This document shows, in pieces, positions 10,672-23,804 of a stretch of 64,000 nt of DNA. This DNA is from Camelus ferus. Taxonomy: Eukaryota. Location: NCBI RefSeq assembly GCF_009834535.1, contig NC_045696.1, positions 37,140,001-37,204,000 on the forward strand, given 5' to 3'. The notes under the pieces were generated by a model that was not told the origin of the DNA, did not search any database, and saw only the letters and a program-made list of their open reading frames with translations. A program made the translations under genes and the position numbers. How positions within the stretch are numbered: position 1 is the first letter of the stretch; every line of letters begins with the position of its first letter.

Positions 10672-12839
10672 AAGCTGTAGATCTAAGAAAATTGGTGGTG
10701 TAGTTCAAAGGCTAAGAGCCAGAGAGCCAGTGTGTTAGATTCTAGGAAGAACCAGGAGAACCAAAGGCAGAAGGTCAATATGTCAGCTCAAGCAGTCAGT
10801 CAGAGAGAGAATCCAGTGTTCTTCTGCCTTTTTGTTCTACTCAGACTCTCAATGGATTTGATGATTCCCCCTCATATGGAGGGGCAGGGATCTGCCTACT
10901 CAGTCTACCAATTCAAATGCTAGTCTCTTTAAGAAGTATCTTCACTGACACATTCAGAAATATTTAACCAGCTAACTGGTCATCCCATGGCCCAGGTAGG
11001 TTGGCATATGAAATTAACTGTCACATAGGGCAAACCACCACACTTAATCTGAAGAGTCAGGCAAACAAGACAGAATCAGATTACCCATATCAGAAGCCTC
11101 TGGAGCAATAAACCAGTAAAAACAATTTGATGGAGGCAGAGTATGGACTAGTATTGTAAGATACTACTAGAGGACATAATCTTAAGGGGTCCTTCATATT
11201 TTTGTGGGTTTTATCTCCAAAAAACCCACTGAGTTCTCGTGGTGCAGACCGAAGAAAAACCCTTAGTGTTTCTGGCAAGAGGAGGAAACACATGACCTAT
11301 GTAAAGATTTTTTTCTTTGTTAAAAAAATAAAATTTGACAATTATGCTATTAGCTTGTAATAGAGAAACAGCTTGTAAAAATGTATTTGCAACATAAATA
11401 GTTAATGCTATTTACATTTATTATAGGAATTTTGTTTTCTTCCAAAAGAATTTGAAGCTTTCTGACTCAGAGCCCATCAACAAACCATATGGCATTTTTC
11501 TCATCACTGTTTCACAGGGAAATAGCTTATCAATTATTTATCTTTCCTTTTGGAGATTTTCCTTTGTTAACATGCATAAATGATTTCTCTTCTGTTTTAC
11601 AAAAATCAAAAAGCAGCTACAGACAAGTAAGAAGAGATAACGTTAATGTAGTTTTACATTCTTTGTGTCTAAGTGCTTCATAAAATTGTCCTGTGGATAT
11701 AATTTTCTCAATTGTTGGAATTACAGTGAGTATTACAAAAGCCCATTACCTGCTAAATAAGAGTTATCATAGCACTACAAATTGGCTTGTCATTTAAAGA
11801 AAATCAACTAAATACAGAGTAATTGTAAGAAACTGTATATCTTTCCTGTCCTAATATTCTGACTTGTATGACCATACTATGCTGTGGTTAGCTACAGGAA
11901 AGTTAAGAAAACTTCCCTGTGATTTTTGTGCCTATGATGTCTTCTTCTCAAATCTGAAATGTTTATTTATTTTTGTAATAATGAACAGTATAACCACTTG
12001 CAATTAATTAAGATGTAGCTCTCACAAGCAACTTTGGTAAAGCTAGTAGCATAGTAGTTGAAGATTTATTTTACATGCATTTAAAAAAACAAACTCAAGG
12101 TGGTTTAGCCACATCATCTGAAAGTTTACTTTGTACCTCATATTAAAATTAATTATGGTTTGAGGACTGGTGATCTAGGGGCTTTCATATGTTATTCTGA
12201 ATAATCTCAAGGTTTAACTTCCTTGTCAATCTTTATCTTATTTTTTAAAAGTTCCTTCTTTTGATGCAGAAGAATAAGCAGAATAGTTGTTGAGTGTATT
12301 CACAAATTCTTTTGCTACACATTTGCAACATCCATCTGTTTAAAGCCATACACACACTTTCAAGTGTTGTTTTACTTTCAAAGGCAGCTAAGAAAGCAGT
12401 ATTGATGGAACAGTGGTAGAATTATAAAGTAAGATAAATCATTGACAGAATAGAATAAATGTATCCTTCCTTTAAAAATGAGTCATAAAAACATAAATTT
12501 TAAGTAGTATTCCTAAGTAGAAAATTTCAATTAATCACTAATCTCTCTAATCACTTCTTAGTGTATATAAACATGTTTCTAAAGAGAGTTATGATACATT
12601 TTTGATTGTTATTGTTTCCATTCAATGATTTCTCTACCCTCAGAATAATGTTTATACATTTAATTTGACCCTTTAAAGTTTTATCTAGGAAGAAATTACC
12701 AACACCTTAAACCAAGCCTCTCCTTTGCCCGAGTGTGATGATCATACATTCCCAGGGAAGTTATGGTTCCTGTGCTTACAGAAAGGTCATTTTTTTTAAG
12801 CACATGCATCCCATGTCTTTAATAAGGTTACCTTTCTGT

Positions 12840-12857
12840 AGTGTGCGTGTATATATA

Positions 12858-12897
<40 letters not shown>

Positions 12898-12942
12898 ACA
12901 TGTGTCTATATGTATATATATATTATATAAATTTATATATAT
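12840..12942. repeat. Compound (TA)n/(TG)n microsatellite
   Basis: Directly visible. Confidence 0.9.
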
Positions 12943-14859
12943 TTCAACCATCTAGTTGAAAATAAATGGACATATGTCCATTTTGAAGTATAATAAAACA
13001 ATAATTAGAATTATACATGTATGTATAACATGTTTATATGTATGAGATACACGTCAATGCATTGACAGAAGAATGAAAACAAAACTTATGGACTGTGTGC
13101 CTCTATTTTGGGGAAATGTAAGAAAATTTTATTTTTTTCTCTGTAAAATTTTTTATGAGTGTTTACTACGTTTTAAATATGTAACATAATCTTTACTAAA
13201 AAGTAATATTTGCTCTTTGTGCTTTATTTTTTGTAATATATATTTTTATACGTAAAACATATGTTGAATAAGAAGTGGAATACCCCCAAATATCTTTACT
13301 TTTACATTACAGAAAACAAACCTGTTAAACAAACTAAAGCCATCATTTGAAGGCAGTGACATATGCAATGTTGAATAGTCAGAAAAACCATCCTTTCAAC
13401 TGAAACACTGATTAATCAGATCAAGGAATACACATGAAAATCACCTGCAATATTTGTTATTGCATATTTCAATGGTTTAAGTTTTTTACTATGGCTCAGG
13501 CTTTTTTTTAAGGGCCCCAGGACAGTCCTTTATAGTCATTCTGCCTATATGCCATTTAAAAACCTCAATCTTTCTAGCTCTGTTACTCCAACTAGTCATT
13601 TTTGTTGGTCTTCTGCTAAAATTTATCAATATGACCCTTTAGATGTACAACAAATGTGGAATAAAGGTGAAATGATATTTACGTAACATATTCCTTAATA
13701 GTTTCCAATTGCCTCTTCTGATATCCTCAGTATTCTTAGTATATCAGTAATTCCAAACTGGCACTGAATTCCAGCATGCAGAATGCAGTCTCTTTTGTTC
13801 CAAGACCCATCTCCTATCAAATGTCATATTATACAGACTTTTTTTTCCCTGAGCTCTAGACTGTTTAAAGTGTTGAACAATGTTGCCAAAAGGGGGGAGA
13901 ATTGGATAGAACAAAGAATGCTCTGAAGAAGGAACACACAGTAAATAGAAGTATTTTGTGTGTGTGTGAGTGAATCTAAAATATGGTCCAAAAAGATGGC
14001 ATTTTGACAAAGTCTGTTCTTCAAATGTTAAATCAACAAGTCTTAATTTATTCATATAGCTGTGCATGACTCCTGTAAAATGTGAGGACTCTTTGGGCAC
14101 TACTTAAGTCTAGAATCAAGCATGAAAAATAATAGGTAATTCGTGGCATTTTTACAGATGTTTCAGCCTCTCTTGGTGTCTTCTGCCAAATCATCAGAAG
14201 CCAAGGCTTCTCCAATTTGCTTTAGGCTGTTTTACTTTGTTTAAAACAGAAGCATTTCTTTACTGACTTTGCTGGCAGTCCCATCTCTCAAAAGGAGGAA
14301 GATGGAATAAGAAACACAGACTATTGAGATATCGATGTGAGGAGACATTAGATGTACCGTGAACTGGAATTGTGAGATTCAAAGAGGACAGTGGTGAATG
14401 CAGTCCCAGTAAACCTACCTTAGAATGTCAGCAACCAAAAACCCAACATTTACAGAGTGAAGGGAAATTCAAATACAAAACTCTGAGTCTGTAATTTCAA
14501 GTAATTCTGGCAGGAAAGGGAGGGACAGGAGAGAAGGAGAGGGGAGGGGAAAAGGGATGGGAGGTGGATAGCTCAAAAGGTCGTAAGTAGAGAGACAAAG
14601 AGCACGGATTTTCAAAGGATACACGGAAACATGGGAGAAAACACACATGATTATTAATACAAAATAGAATCACAAAACCATAACAAAGCATCAGGGGAGG
14701 TAAAAAGAAAATGAGCCGAGGTTTGTGAGAAACTCCTGAAGACAGCAACCCCTCCACTGGTTCAGCCCGGTGAGCTCCATCTGAGCAGCTGGCTTTCACC
14801 TCAGGTGCTCGCTGACCTCTCACCTCTGAACCACCCAAGTGACCTGGGATCTAACCCTG

Positions 14860-14990
14860 GGCCCTGAGCAAGTTTCTTTATGTCTTTGTACCCCAGCACC
14901 TTCATCAGCAAACCTGGGGTAGATAGTAATTCCAACACCACGGGCCCCAGAAGGTCAGGGGAGATGTGAGGCACAGGTCTATGCAATGGG
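14860..14990 (+). mobile_element. Possible MIR relic
   Basis: CCTGAGCAAGTTTCTTTATGTCTTTGTACCCCAG...TTCATCAGCAAACCTGGGG resembles the MIR core. Confidence 0.45.
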
Positions 14991-16467
14991 CAGAAACTGC
15001 TCTCCACCAACGTATATCTACCCTCCTCACCAAAAAAAAAAAAAAAAAAAAAGGAAATTAAAAATGATAATAATTCTGGAAAAAATTAGATTTAAAAAAG
15101 AATAGTCTATTGGCAAGGGCAAATCTATTTTAATTTGTTCATGTGTTTAATTTGTACATGCATTAATTCTCCTGGAGTTTTACTATACTGTGAAAATTAT
15201 ATGGAAGAGAAAATAATTTGAATTAATTTTTCTAGAAAGTAAATTGGAACCATTTACTTTATTGTACCATTTTCCACTTAAAAACATACTTTTCCTGAAA
15301 ACCAGGCCAAAAAAACCCCAAAAGCAAACAAAAAATCCCATGGTATGTTCTTTTCTTTCCTGAGGAATTAACTAACTGCATCTTGCATTCAATTTAAAGA
15401 CTTTGGAATCATCATTTTTCAAGTAGGCTACCTGGTTGGTTTCTCTAACCCCTGAGGTAAATTCGATGTTTATGGAGCATGTTCAGTTCTCACTGGTTTC
15501 TAGTTAAAGTCACAAAACTTTACCTTCCTTTCTTTCCCACTGCTGCAAAATTTTTAGAGTGTATCATTTCCTTTGAGCTTCGTGTAATGACTCAGTCAAT
15601 GCTAGCAGTTTATTCCTTTGGGCCATCGATCGGTGTTTCCAGATTATTAACTTTCTCTGCTAATTTGTTCAATTTGGATTTCAAACCTTTATGCCCTCTT
15701 TGCATGCTATCTGTCTTTTTGTCAATTTTCATTAGTAGGGCATGAGTGCAAAGCCACTAACGACAGCTCCATTGGCTCATTTGATTGCTATATTACCCAC
15801 AGAATGCTCCAGGTATTGGTTGGGAAAAAAAATAACTCAGTGTAGCATTCATATTGATAATTTTTCCTGGCTCCCTTGATCTAATTCTAACCATTCTAAA
15901 GCTTTCTGAGTCAAAGCACATAAATCACATACCTTTCCTGCAGATCAAACATCCTGCATCTTGATGATTGAACATCTGGACCCAGTCTGTTTATACTTCA
16001 TTTCATTGTGTGCTGTCAGATTTACATTTTTTCAGGTAAAAATGTTAAGTTTTTGAGGAGTTGCTGAGTTGATCAAGTTAATTAATAAACCATTTTTTAG
16101 TGCCATTCCCCACTTTAAAATATTAAGATATTGGTAGAAGGGTTATAATTTAGGTTCAAAATGTACCATATTAGTTAATGAGTGAAGTTGAAATAAAAGG
16201 GATGAAATTTTTATTTATGAAATCTTTGCATTAAGAACTATGCTCTCTAACAATCATGGTGTATTTTTAATATAGCTAGTAAGAATATAGTTTTAAGTAT
16301 AGTTCTTTTCACATGCATTTTTTTGTGTACTTAGCAGTAATTATTTAGATATTTGTTTAAGTTATTTATGCTATGAATCACTTGTGTAGATATGCAAGTC
16401 AAAGTAAAAACTTTCTGCTAAGAAATTAGCATTTAATATCAGTAAAGGTCATTTTAGGGATTGATGC

Positions 16468-17298
16468 TGTTACTGGGAGGAGGGGAATAAAAGTTACCTT
16501 GGTTCTTAGTCAACCAAAAACAAATGAATTTTTAATGAGAGACAGAAAGTGTGATATAACAGGAGATTTTATTAGTGAAATAAAAAGATAGTAAAATACA
16601 GTACCCCTGAGCACTGAGAGTGGGCCAATCCAAAAGAGGAAAAATGTAGCCGCTCCTTTGTTTCTCCTGTTTTATATCCTGGCTTAGGTGGCCTTTTGTG
16701 ATTGATTCATGGCTCATGTTCCTTGTGCTGAGGCACACCCATCTCTTTCTCTTTTTTTTTAGTTGAAGTATAGTCAGTTTACAATGTTGTGTCGATTTCT
16801 GGTGTACAGCACAATACTTCAGTCATACAGGAACATGCATATATTTGTTTTCATATCCTTTTTCACCATAAGTTACTACTAGATATTGAATATAGTTCCC
16901 TGTGAAATACAGTATAAACTTGTTTATCTGTTTTACGTGTATTAGTATCTGCAAATCTAGAACTCCCAGTTTATCCCTTCCCACCCTCTTCCCCCCAGTT
17001 GCTCATGTTCTTACCCATGATACACACAGAGAAACCTACGGGAGGGGGCTCAAACCGTGATGTTAAATACATTGTAATGAGCATCGGGTCAAGTTAAGCC
17101 TGGTCCTTCTCTCTACTGTGCAGCCGCAGCATTCAATCCTAGCTGGCTTCTTTGCGATCCTCATTTAGAGAAATTAAAAAAAAAAAAAAAAAATTGGAGT
17201 CCCTTATCCTGAGTGCAGGCGTACTGTTATTTTCTGGGTTGTTCCTTCCCTCTTCCTCTCCCCCTGCCCGGTACTCATTTCTGTCTAACTGCCTAACA
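16468..17298 (-). mobile_element. ERV-like solo LTR containing a nested L1 3' fragment
   Basis: TGTTA...TAACA inverted termini. TTTTATT at ~16567 and TTTATA at ~16671 give a poly(A) signal and TATA in the correct minus-strand order. Confidence 0.75.
16752..16997 (-). mobile_element. Short L1 3'-end fragment nested in an LTR
   Basis: T-run followed by GAAGTATAGTCAGTTTTACAATGTTGTG...TTTATCCCTTCCCACC. Confidence 0.85.
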
Positions 17299-20200
17299 CT
17301 ACATGTGATAATCATTGATCACAATTGCTTTGATCTTAATAAAGCATACATTTCTTAAGATATAAAAATTCAAACCACCAAGGTATATATAAATGCAATT
17401 CAAATGAAATGCCTGTGTCTTTATTATGTTAAACTTACAGCATTATGAAAGTCTCTGAAATTTCTTACAGTTGCTACCCAGAATTATATGCTCCGTCTGG
17501 AGTTAACATTTAGAAATACAGTCTCATGATAAGTAGGAACTTTCAACTATCTTAAAACTTACAAAAATAATGTTTTACTATTAGAACTTAATAGCTGACT
17601 GTTGACTATACCGTGGTATTTTTGTGTTGCTATTCCAAAATGTTTTACAAAGTGTCAGCAGGTGGAGGATCCCAGATATTAGCCTTAAGAAAGTAATTAA
17701 AAGTCAATGGAAATCAAAGCAGTTTTCTTGGAAGCAGAAATTAACCTCTCTGAACCTTGAAGACACAGCTATGTTTTTTATTAAATAACACTTTTCAAAT
17801 ATGAGAAAGAAAGAACTTGAATTTATACTCATCTATGTTTTGCTATATCTTTATGAATGCAGTTAATCAAATGACATATGTGCTTCAGTTCTGTTCACCT
17901 CTCTTGAAATAATATCTTCTGAAAAACAAGAGGCATAAGAAAGTCAGAGATCCTAAAGTTTGTTTCTAGTCTAGGATTGAGACTAGTTTCAAAATTTTTC
18001 AATGGACCAAATACTAAGAATTGAACTTATTCATTGAAATATCTGAGCACTAATATTAAAAATTAGAATTAACATGGAAACTGTCTCTCCATTAGATATA
18101 AATTATTTCTTAAGTATGCAAAGGAAACATGCTTTACCAAATATTTCAGTCTACTGTTACTTTCTCACAACTAAAAATTACTCTGTTGGCACATAAATTT
18201 TCAATTTGACTCAATATTGTTATAATATAAAAAGCTAAGATTAAAATCCTAAAACAGACTATAATGTAGAAAGGTCATTTTATATAAACTTTACCATAAT
18301 AACAGATATGTCCATACTGATAAAACTAGAATAATAAAGTTTTTAAAAGAATAACACTAAATTTTCAGTAGCATAGTTACTTAGAAACTATTCCAAAATA
18401 GTATAGTATTAAATTAAACTAAAGTAGTCAGAATTAATTTTCCACCCACGTGAAATATGTCAAGACTCAAAATACCGCTAAGAAACACTAGGTCAGGAGC
18501 AGGAGGCATTTTTATAATAGCATGCAGTTGGTAAGTATTGCAATTTTCATTAAATTCTCAGATTTTTTTCTTCTAACTGCTTTGTAGGAAAAGAGGATAC
18601 TCAGTTGTTAAAATCAATTTATATAACTTCACATTTAAATGGGAACTTCACAGAGTCAGTACAATAGTTTTTTTTTAAATGTTAAAATATTGAAAAACCA
18701 ATGAATCAATCATACCCACCAAAGACATGATGTAGTATCTGATTTATTGATCTTAGATGTAAGAGGGAAGGCTAGATTGTCTTTATAGATTACTTCAAAT
18801 AAACATTGCTAACAAATTCCCTTCTTTTATGACTATTTAGAAAGTCTGAAAGTTTACAAAATAACTCAGTGTTCCTGTGACTGGCATTTTAATGAAGACA
18901 TTTGGATATAAAATGATGATGTAGGAAATATAAATAGTTGTTCTTAAAAACATCAGCCTTGACTCAAACTAGACAACTTTGTTCTCCACCTCCAATGAGT
19001 CAAATGGAGACAATCACACCTCTGCCTGTTCTCTTCACAGGCACAGAGATGTCTTCACACTCTTGTCAAGTATGCTCCAGCAGGATGACGTGTAAATCAA
19101 ACTTAGTAAAATATTGTATTTTTGTTCAAGACTCTGTTAAGACCTCGCCTCTACATTATTCTAACCCTGATAGCTGTTAAGAATTCCTGGTTTAGTACTC
19201 AGCAAGTTAGACTTGTCAGTTCTACTCTTGAGGTTATTCTGACCTTTTCCCTCCAGTTTCTTATTAACTGAGTTCCTGCCCCTGTCCACGTTCCTAGAAT
19301 CTCATGTCACTGCCTCTAAAAAACGGTCCTTAGAGACAAGTTCTCTGATTGTCCTCTGCTAGTTACAGAGATCGCAGCTTCAAGACAAATCAGCAGGAAC
19401 TGAAGCAAGAGGCACAGTTCAGGAAGATGAAGTTAATGGGGACAAAATGTCACCAAGGCTTATACAATAAATACATTGTTGAGAAAACTAGAAAATTCAC
19501 TGTAAGTTTGAAGTTACAGGATGAGCCACAAACAGGGTCTCAAAGGAGAACTGAGTTTAAAAAATTTCCAAAGAATGGAATCAAGTCTGCCTTAGTGTAC
19601 AAGATCGAATCTGATTAAGGATAGATGTCAGTAGAGCCTGTAGGTCCAAGGGCAGGAATTTCTTTGATCTGAGATAATTCAAGTGTTCAGCAGTTATCAT
19701 ATACTTGGAGAAGTAAGGGGATTGTGTAGGGATCATTTGTAAATTACAAAGAATTACTCTATCAAGGACTATTACAGTGAATCAGTGAAGTAGCTGTAAT
19801 CATATTCTGTCAAATCCTGCCTGTGCAAGACAGCAGGAATATAGAATATGGAGAGAGGATTTCCTTCTGAATATGGCTGACAGGACGTTATCTTTATTCA
19901 GTCATCCATCGATGCACAGTTAGGTTGTTCCACACGTTGGCATTTGTGACTATTGCTGCAGTGAATATGGAAGTGCAAATAGCATTTCAAGATCCTGGCA
20001 AGGGCCTGAAATTATTCCCTTCTGACCCTCAAGACAATAACTTCTATCCTTTTTTCTAGTTAGTTATGTTCTTGTTATTTTTTAAATAGATTAATTGCAA
20101 ATATAAATATTTATTAAATATTGTTTTGCTTATTTTTAATATTAAATATACTAACAGTTTTTATGTATTCTTTTGAAATTTGTTTCTTCAGAAATATTTT

Positions 20201-20302
20201 GGTGGGAAATTTGTGGGATAGCAAAAACTAACAATTTTATGATACTTACTATGAACATAAGCAATCTAATATTGCCATAATTTTTGGTAGTTGTTTGCTT
20301 TA

Positions 20303-20420
20303 ATTATTCTCATTTGATACTTGAGGAAAATGAGTCATGGAGCGGTGAAGGATTAAGCGCATGGCTAAACAGCAGGTAAATGGCTAAGACAGGATTAGAA
20401 ACCAGGAAGTCTGGCTCCAG
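20303..20420 (-). mobile_element. MIR SINE relic
   Basis: ATTCTCATTT...TGAGGAAAATGAG...GTAAATGGC...AGGATTAGAAACCAGGAAGTCTGGCTCCAG core. Confidence 0.75.
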
Positions 20421-20929
20421 GCAGAGTTGTTATATCTTAGAGTCCTGTCATGGTTATTAATATTGATGACTTTTGCTGTTCTTCCATTTTCACAATCTTA
20501 TAATATTCCCTTGATATGTAAGAATTTTTTTCCTTACTATTAATGACTATTGATCTTATTTCCAGGTCACATATTTACTTACTATTATTATGAATGATGC
20601 TGCTATAAACATTATGCATATCTCTGGTGGCTATGTGGAACCGTACTATAAGAATATATTTCTAGGAGTGGAATTTATATAACATAGAGTATACACAAAT
20701 TGAAGTATGACAGATAACACCAAACTGTTTTCCAAATACCATCACAGTAAATGGTTCTTGTTTTTAACATACAAAGAAAAACTTATAAGCTTTATCCTAA
20801 ACAGGTATATTATAAATAATCTTTTTTTTTCCCTTTTTCCCTCCTATTCCCCTTCTCCGACACCACTTGCCTCTGGTAATCACAGATCTGATGTCTTTTT
20901 CTCTGAGTTTATTGGGTGGGTGGTTTCTG

Positions 20930-21410
20930 TTTGTTTGTTTTATTGACGTTTAGTCAGTTTACAATGTTGTGTTGATTTCTTGTGTACAGCGTTAATATTT
21001 TGGTCATACAAATACATGAATATATTCATTTTTATATTCTTTTTCATTATAGGTTACTACAAGATATTGAGTATAATTCCCTGTGCTATACAGTATAAAC
21101 TTGTTGTTTATCTATTTTATATATAGTAATATCTGTAAATCTCAAACTCCCAATTTATCCCTTCCCACCCCCTTCCATCACTGGTAATCATAAGTTTGCT
21201 TTCTAGGTCTGTGACTCTGTTTCTTTTTTGTAAATAAGTTCATCTGTCTTTTTTTAGATTCCACATATAAGTGATACCACATGGTATTTTTCTATCTCTT
21301 TCTGGCTTACTTCACTTAGAATGACAATCTCCAAGTCCATCCATGTTGCTGCAAATGGCATTTTTATGGCTGAGTAGTATTCCATTGTATAAATATACAA
21401 CAACTTCTTG
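20930..21410 (-). mobile_element. 5'-truncated younger L1 3' end nested in the 3'UTR of the older L1
   Basis: Begins T-rich then TAGTCAGTTTACAATGTTGTG. Includes an ORF2 C-terminus ([10 protein letters not shown]...SLICGI, in ORF 21254-21442). Flanked by TGTTTGTTT-like sequence on both sides. Confidence 0.8.
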
Positions 21411-23464
21411 TTTGTTTTTGAAGTACAGTTGACATAAAGCACTATGTTATTTCCTGGTACACAACATAGTGATTTGATATTTCTATATATTTCAGAATGA
21501 TCACCATGATAAGTCCAGGTACAATTTCACCATACATAGATATTATGTAATTATTGACTATATTTCCCATACTGTACATTTCATACCTAAGACTTATTTT
21601 ATAGCTGAAAATGTGTACCTCTCAATCTCCCTCAGCTATTTCTCTCCTCTCCCTAGCCCCCTCCCTCTGGAAACTGCCTGTTTGTTCTCTGTTTATCTGA
21701 CTCTGTTCATTTGTTTTGTTTTTTAGAGTCCACATATATGTAAATCATACAGTATTTGTCTTTCTCTGTCTGACATATTTCATTAAGCGTAATATTCTCT
21801 ATGTCTATCTATGTTGCTACAAATGGCAGCATTTCATTCTTTTCATGGCTGAGTAATATGCCATTGTATATATATACTACGTTTTAACTATTCATCTATT
21901 GATGAACACTTAGGTTGCTTCCATGTCTTGGCTATTGTAAATAATGCTGCAATGAACATAGGGATGCATATATCTTTTCAAATTAATGTTTTGATTTTCT
22001 TCAGATAAATATTCGGTGGTAGATTTGCTGTATTTTATGGTAGTTCAATTTTTAATTTTTTAAGGAATCTCCATACTGTTTTCCATAATGGCTACACCAA
22101 TTTACATTCCCAACAACAGTGCACAAGGATACCTTTTTTTCCACAACCTTGCCAACACTTGTTATTTGTTGTCTTTTAGAAAATAACAGGTGTAAAGTGA
22201 TATTTTATTGTGGTTTTGAGTTGGGTTTCCCTGATAATTAGTGATGTTTAGCAATTTTTCATGTGTCTGTTGGCTGTATGTTGTCTTTGGAAAAATGTCT
22301 TTAAGGTATTCTGCCTATTTTTAAATTGGATTTTTTTTGATGTTGAGATATATTAGTTGTCTATTTTGGATATTGACCTCTTATCAGATATATCATTTGC
22401 AAATATCTTCTCCCATTCAGTAGGCCACTTTTTCACTTTGCTGATGGTTTCCTACACTGTGGAAAAGCTTTTTAGTTTGATATAGTCACACTTGCTTATT
22501 TTTGCTTTTGTTTCTTTTCCCTGAAGAGACATATCCAAAAAATTTTTACTAAGATGAATGTAGAAAAGTGTACTCATGTTTTCTTCTAAAGTTTTATGGT
22601 TTTAGGTCTTAGAGTTTACATTTTGAGTTTATTTTTGTACATGGTGTGAGTAAGGGCTCTAATCTCATTCTTCTGCATGTAGCAATCCAGTTTTCCCAGC
22701 ACCATTTATTGAAGAAATTGTCTTTTCCCCATTGTATATTTTGTCTCCTTTGTTGTAGATTAATTTACCATATGTGTGTGGGTTTATTTTGGGGGCTGTC
22801 TATACTGTTCCATTGATCTGTGTCTGTTTTTGTGCCAGTACCACACTGTTTTTAATTATTGTAGCTTTGTAGTATAATCTGAAGTTAGGAAGCATGATAC
22901 TGCCAGCTTTGTTCTTTTTTTCTCAAGATTGCTGTGGCTCTTCATTGTCTTTGTGGTTCCATACAAATTTTAGGATTATTTTCTAGTTCTGTGAAAAAAT
23001 GTCATGGGTATTCTTGACATTAAATCTGTAGATTGCTTTGAGGAGTATGGATATTTTAACAATATTTCTTCCAGTTTATGAACATGGGATATCTCTCCAT
23101 TTAATTGTATCATCTTCTGTTTCCTTCATTAATACCTTATAGTTTCATAATATAGGTCTTTCACCTTTTGATTAAGCTTATTCCTACACATTTTATTATT
23201 TTTGATGTGATTTTAAATGGGATTGCTTTCTTGATTGCCCTTACTGATGGTTCATTGTTAGTGTATAGAAAAGCAACTGATTTGTGTAATTAATATTGTG
23301 TCCTACAACTTTACTTAATTCATTTTTTCTAATATTTTTGTGGTGGAGTATATAAAGTTTTTATGTATGGTCATATAATTTGAAATAGTAACAGTTTCAC
23401 TTCTTCCATTCTAATTTGAATGCATTTTATTTCTGTTCTTGTCTGATGGCTGTGACTAGGACTT

Positions 23465-23804
23465 CTTTTTATTATTTATTTATTTATTTTTTTTCATTGA
23501 AGTATAGTCAGTTACAATGATATGTCAATTTCTGGTGTATGTCCCAGTCATGCATATATATATACATATATTTGTTTCATATTCTTTTTCATAAAAGGCT
23601 ATTACAAGGCAGTGAATATAGTTTCCTGTGCTATCAGAAGAAATTTGGTTTTTATCTATATTTATATATAGTGGTTAACCTTTGCAAATCTCAAACTCCC
23701 AAATATATCCCTTCACACTCCTTTTCCCCTGGTAACCATAAAATTGTTTATTATGTCTGCGAGTCTATTACTGTTTTGTAGATGAGTTCATTAGTATCCT
23801 CTTT
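23465..23804 (-). mobile_element. Short L1 3'-end insertion interrupting ORF2 of the older L1
   Basis: The host L1 motif ACTAGGACTTCT...AATACTGTGTGAATA is split by a (TTTA)n tail plus GAAGTATAGTCAGTTACAATG... 3'UTR sequence. Confidence 0.85.

Larger units (their letters stand above)
10104..11025 (-). mobile_element. MLT2-family (ERVL) solo LTR, interrupted by another LTR
   Basis: CAGAGAAACAGAACCAA, GGAGGCTGAGAAG, TACTCAGTCTACCAATTCAAATGCTA and terminal AAATTAACTGTCACA. 5-bp TSD TAGGG at 10099-10103 and 11026-11030. Confidence 0.9.
9968..11310 (+). mobile_element. Ancient L1 5'-end fragment, split by the MLT2 insertion
   Basis: GACTTCCACTTCC...CCCATCCTTACA...CATCAGTGGAATGAGGTTGTAGGG resumes as CAAACCACCAC after the MLT2. 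Resembles recalled L1M4/L1MD 5' ends. Confidence 0.6.

Noticed and set aside
13690..14100. Minus-strand ORF/exon candidate (118 aa ORF; alternative frame DGSWNKRDCILHAG...)
   Set aside because: Weak acceptor, no clear donor, no recognisable protein, and it conflicts with the inferred + strand host.
20748..20766. Possible degenerate TSD of the old L1 (ATGGTTCTTGTTT vs ATGGCCCTTTGTTT at ~28427)
   Set aside because: Too many mismatches to call, and the element's 3' boundary is uncertain.
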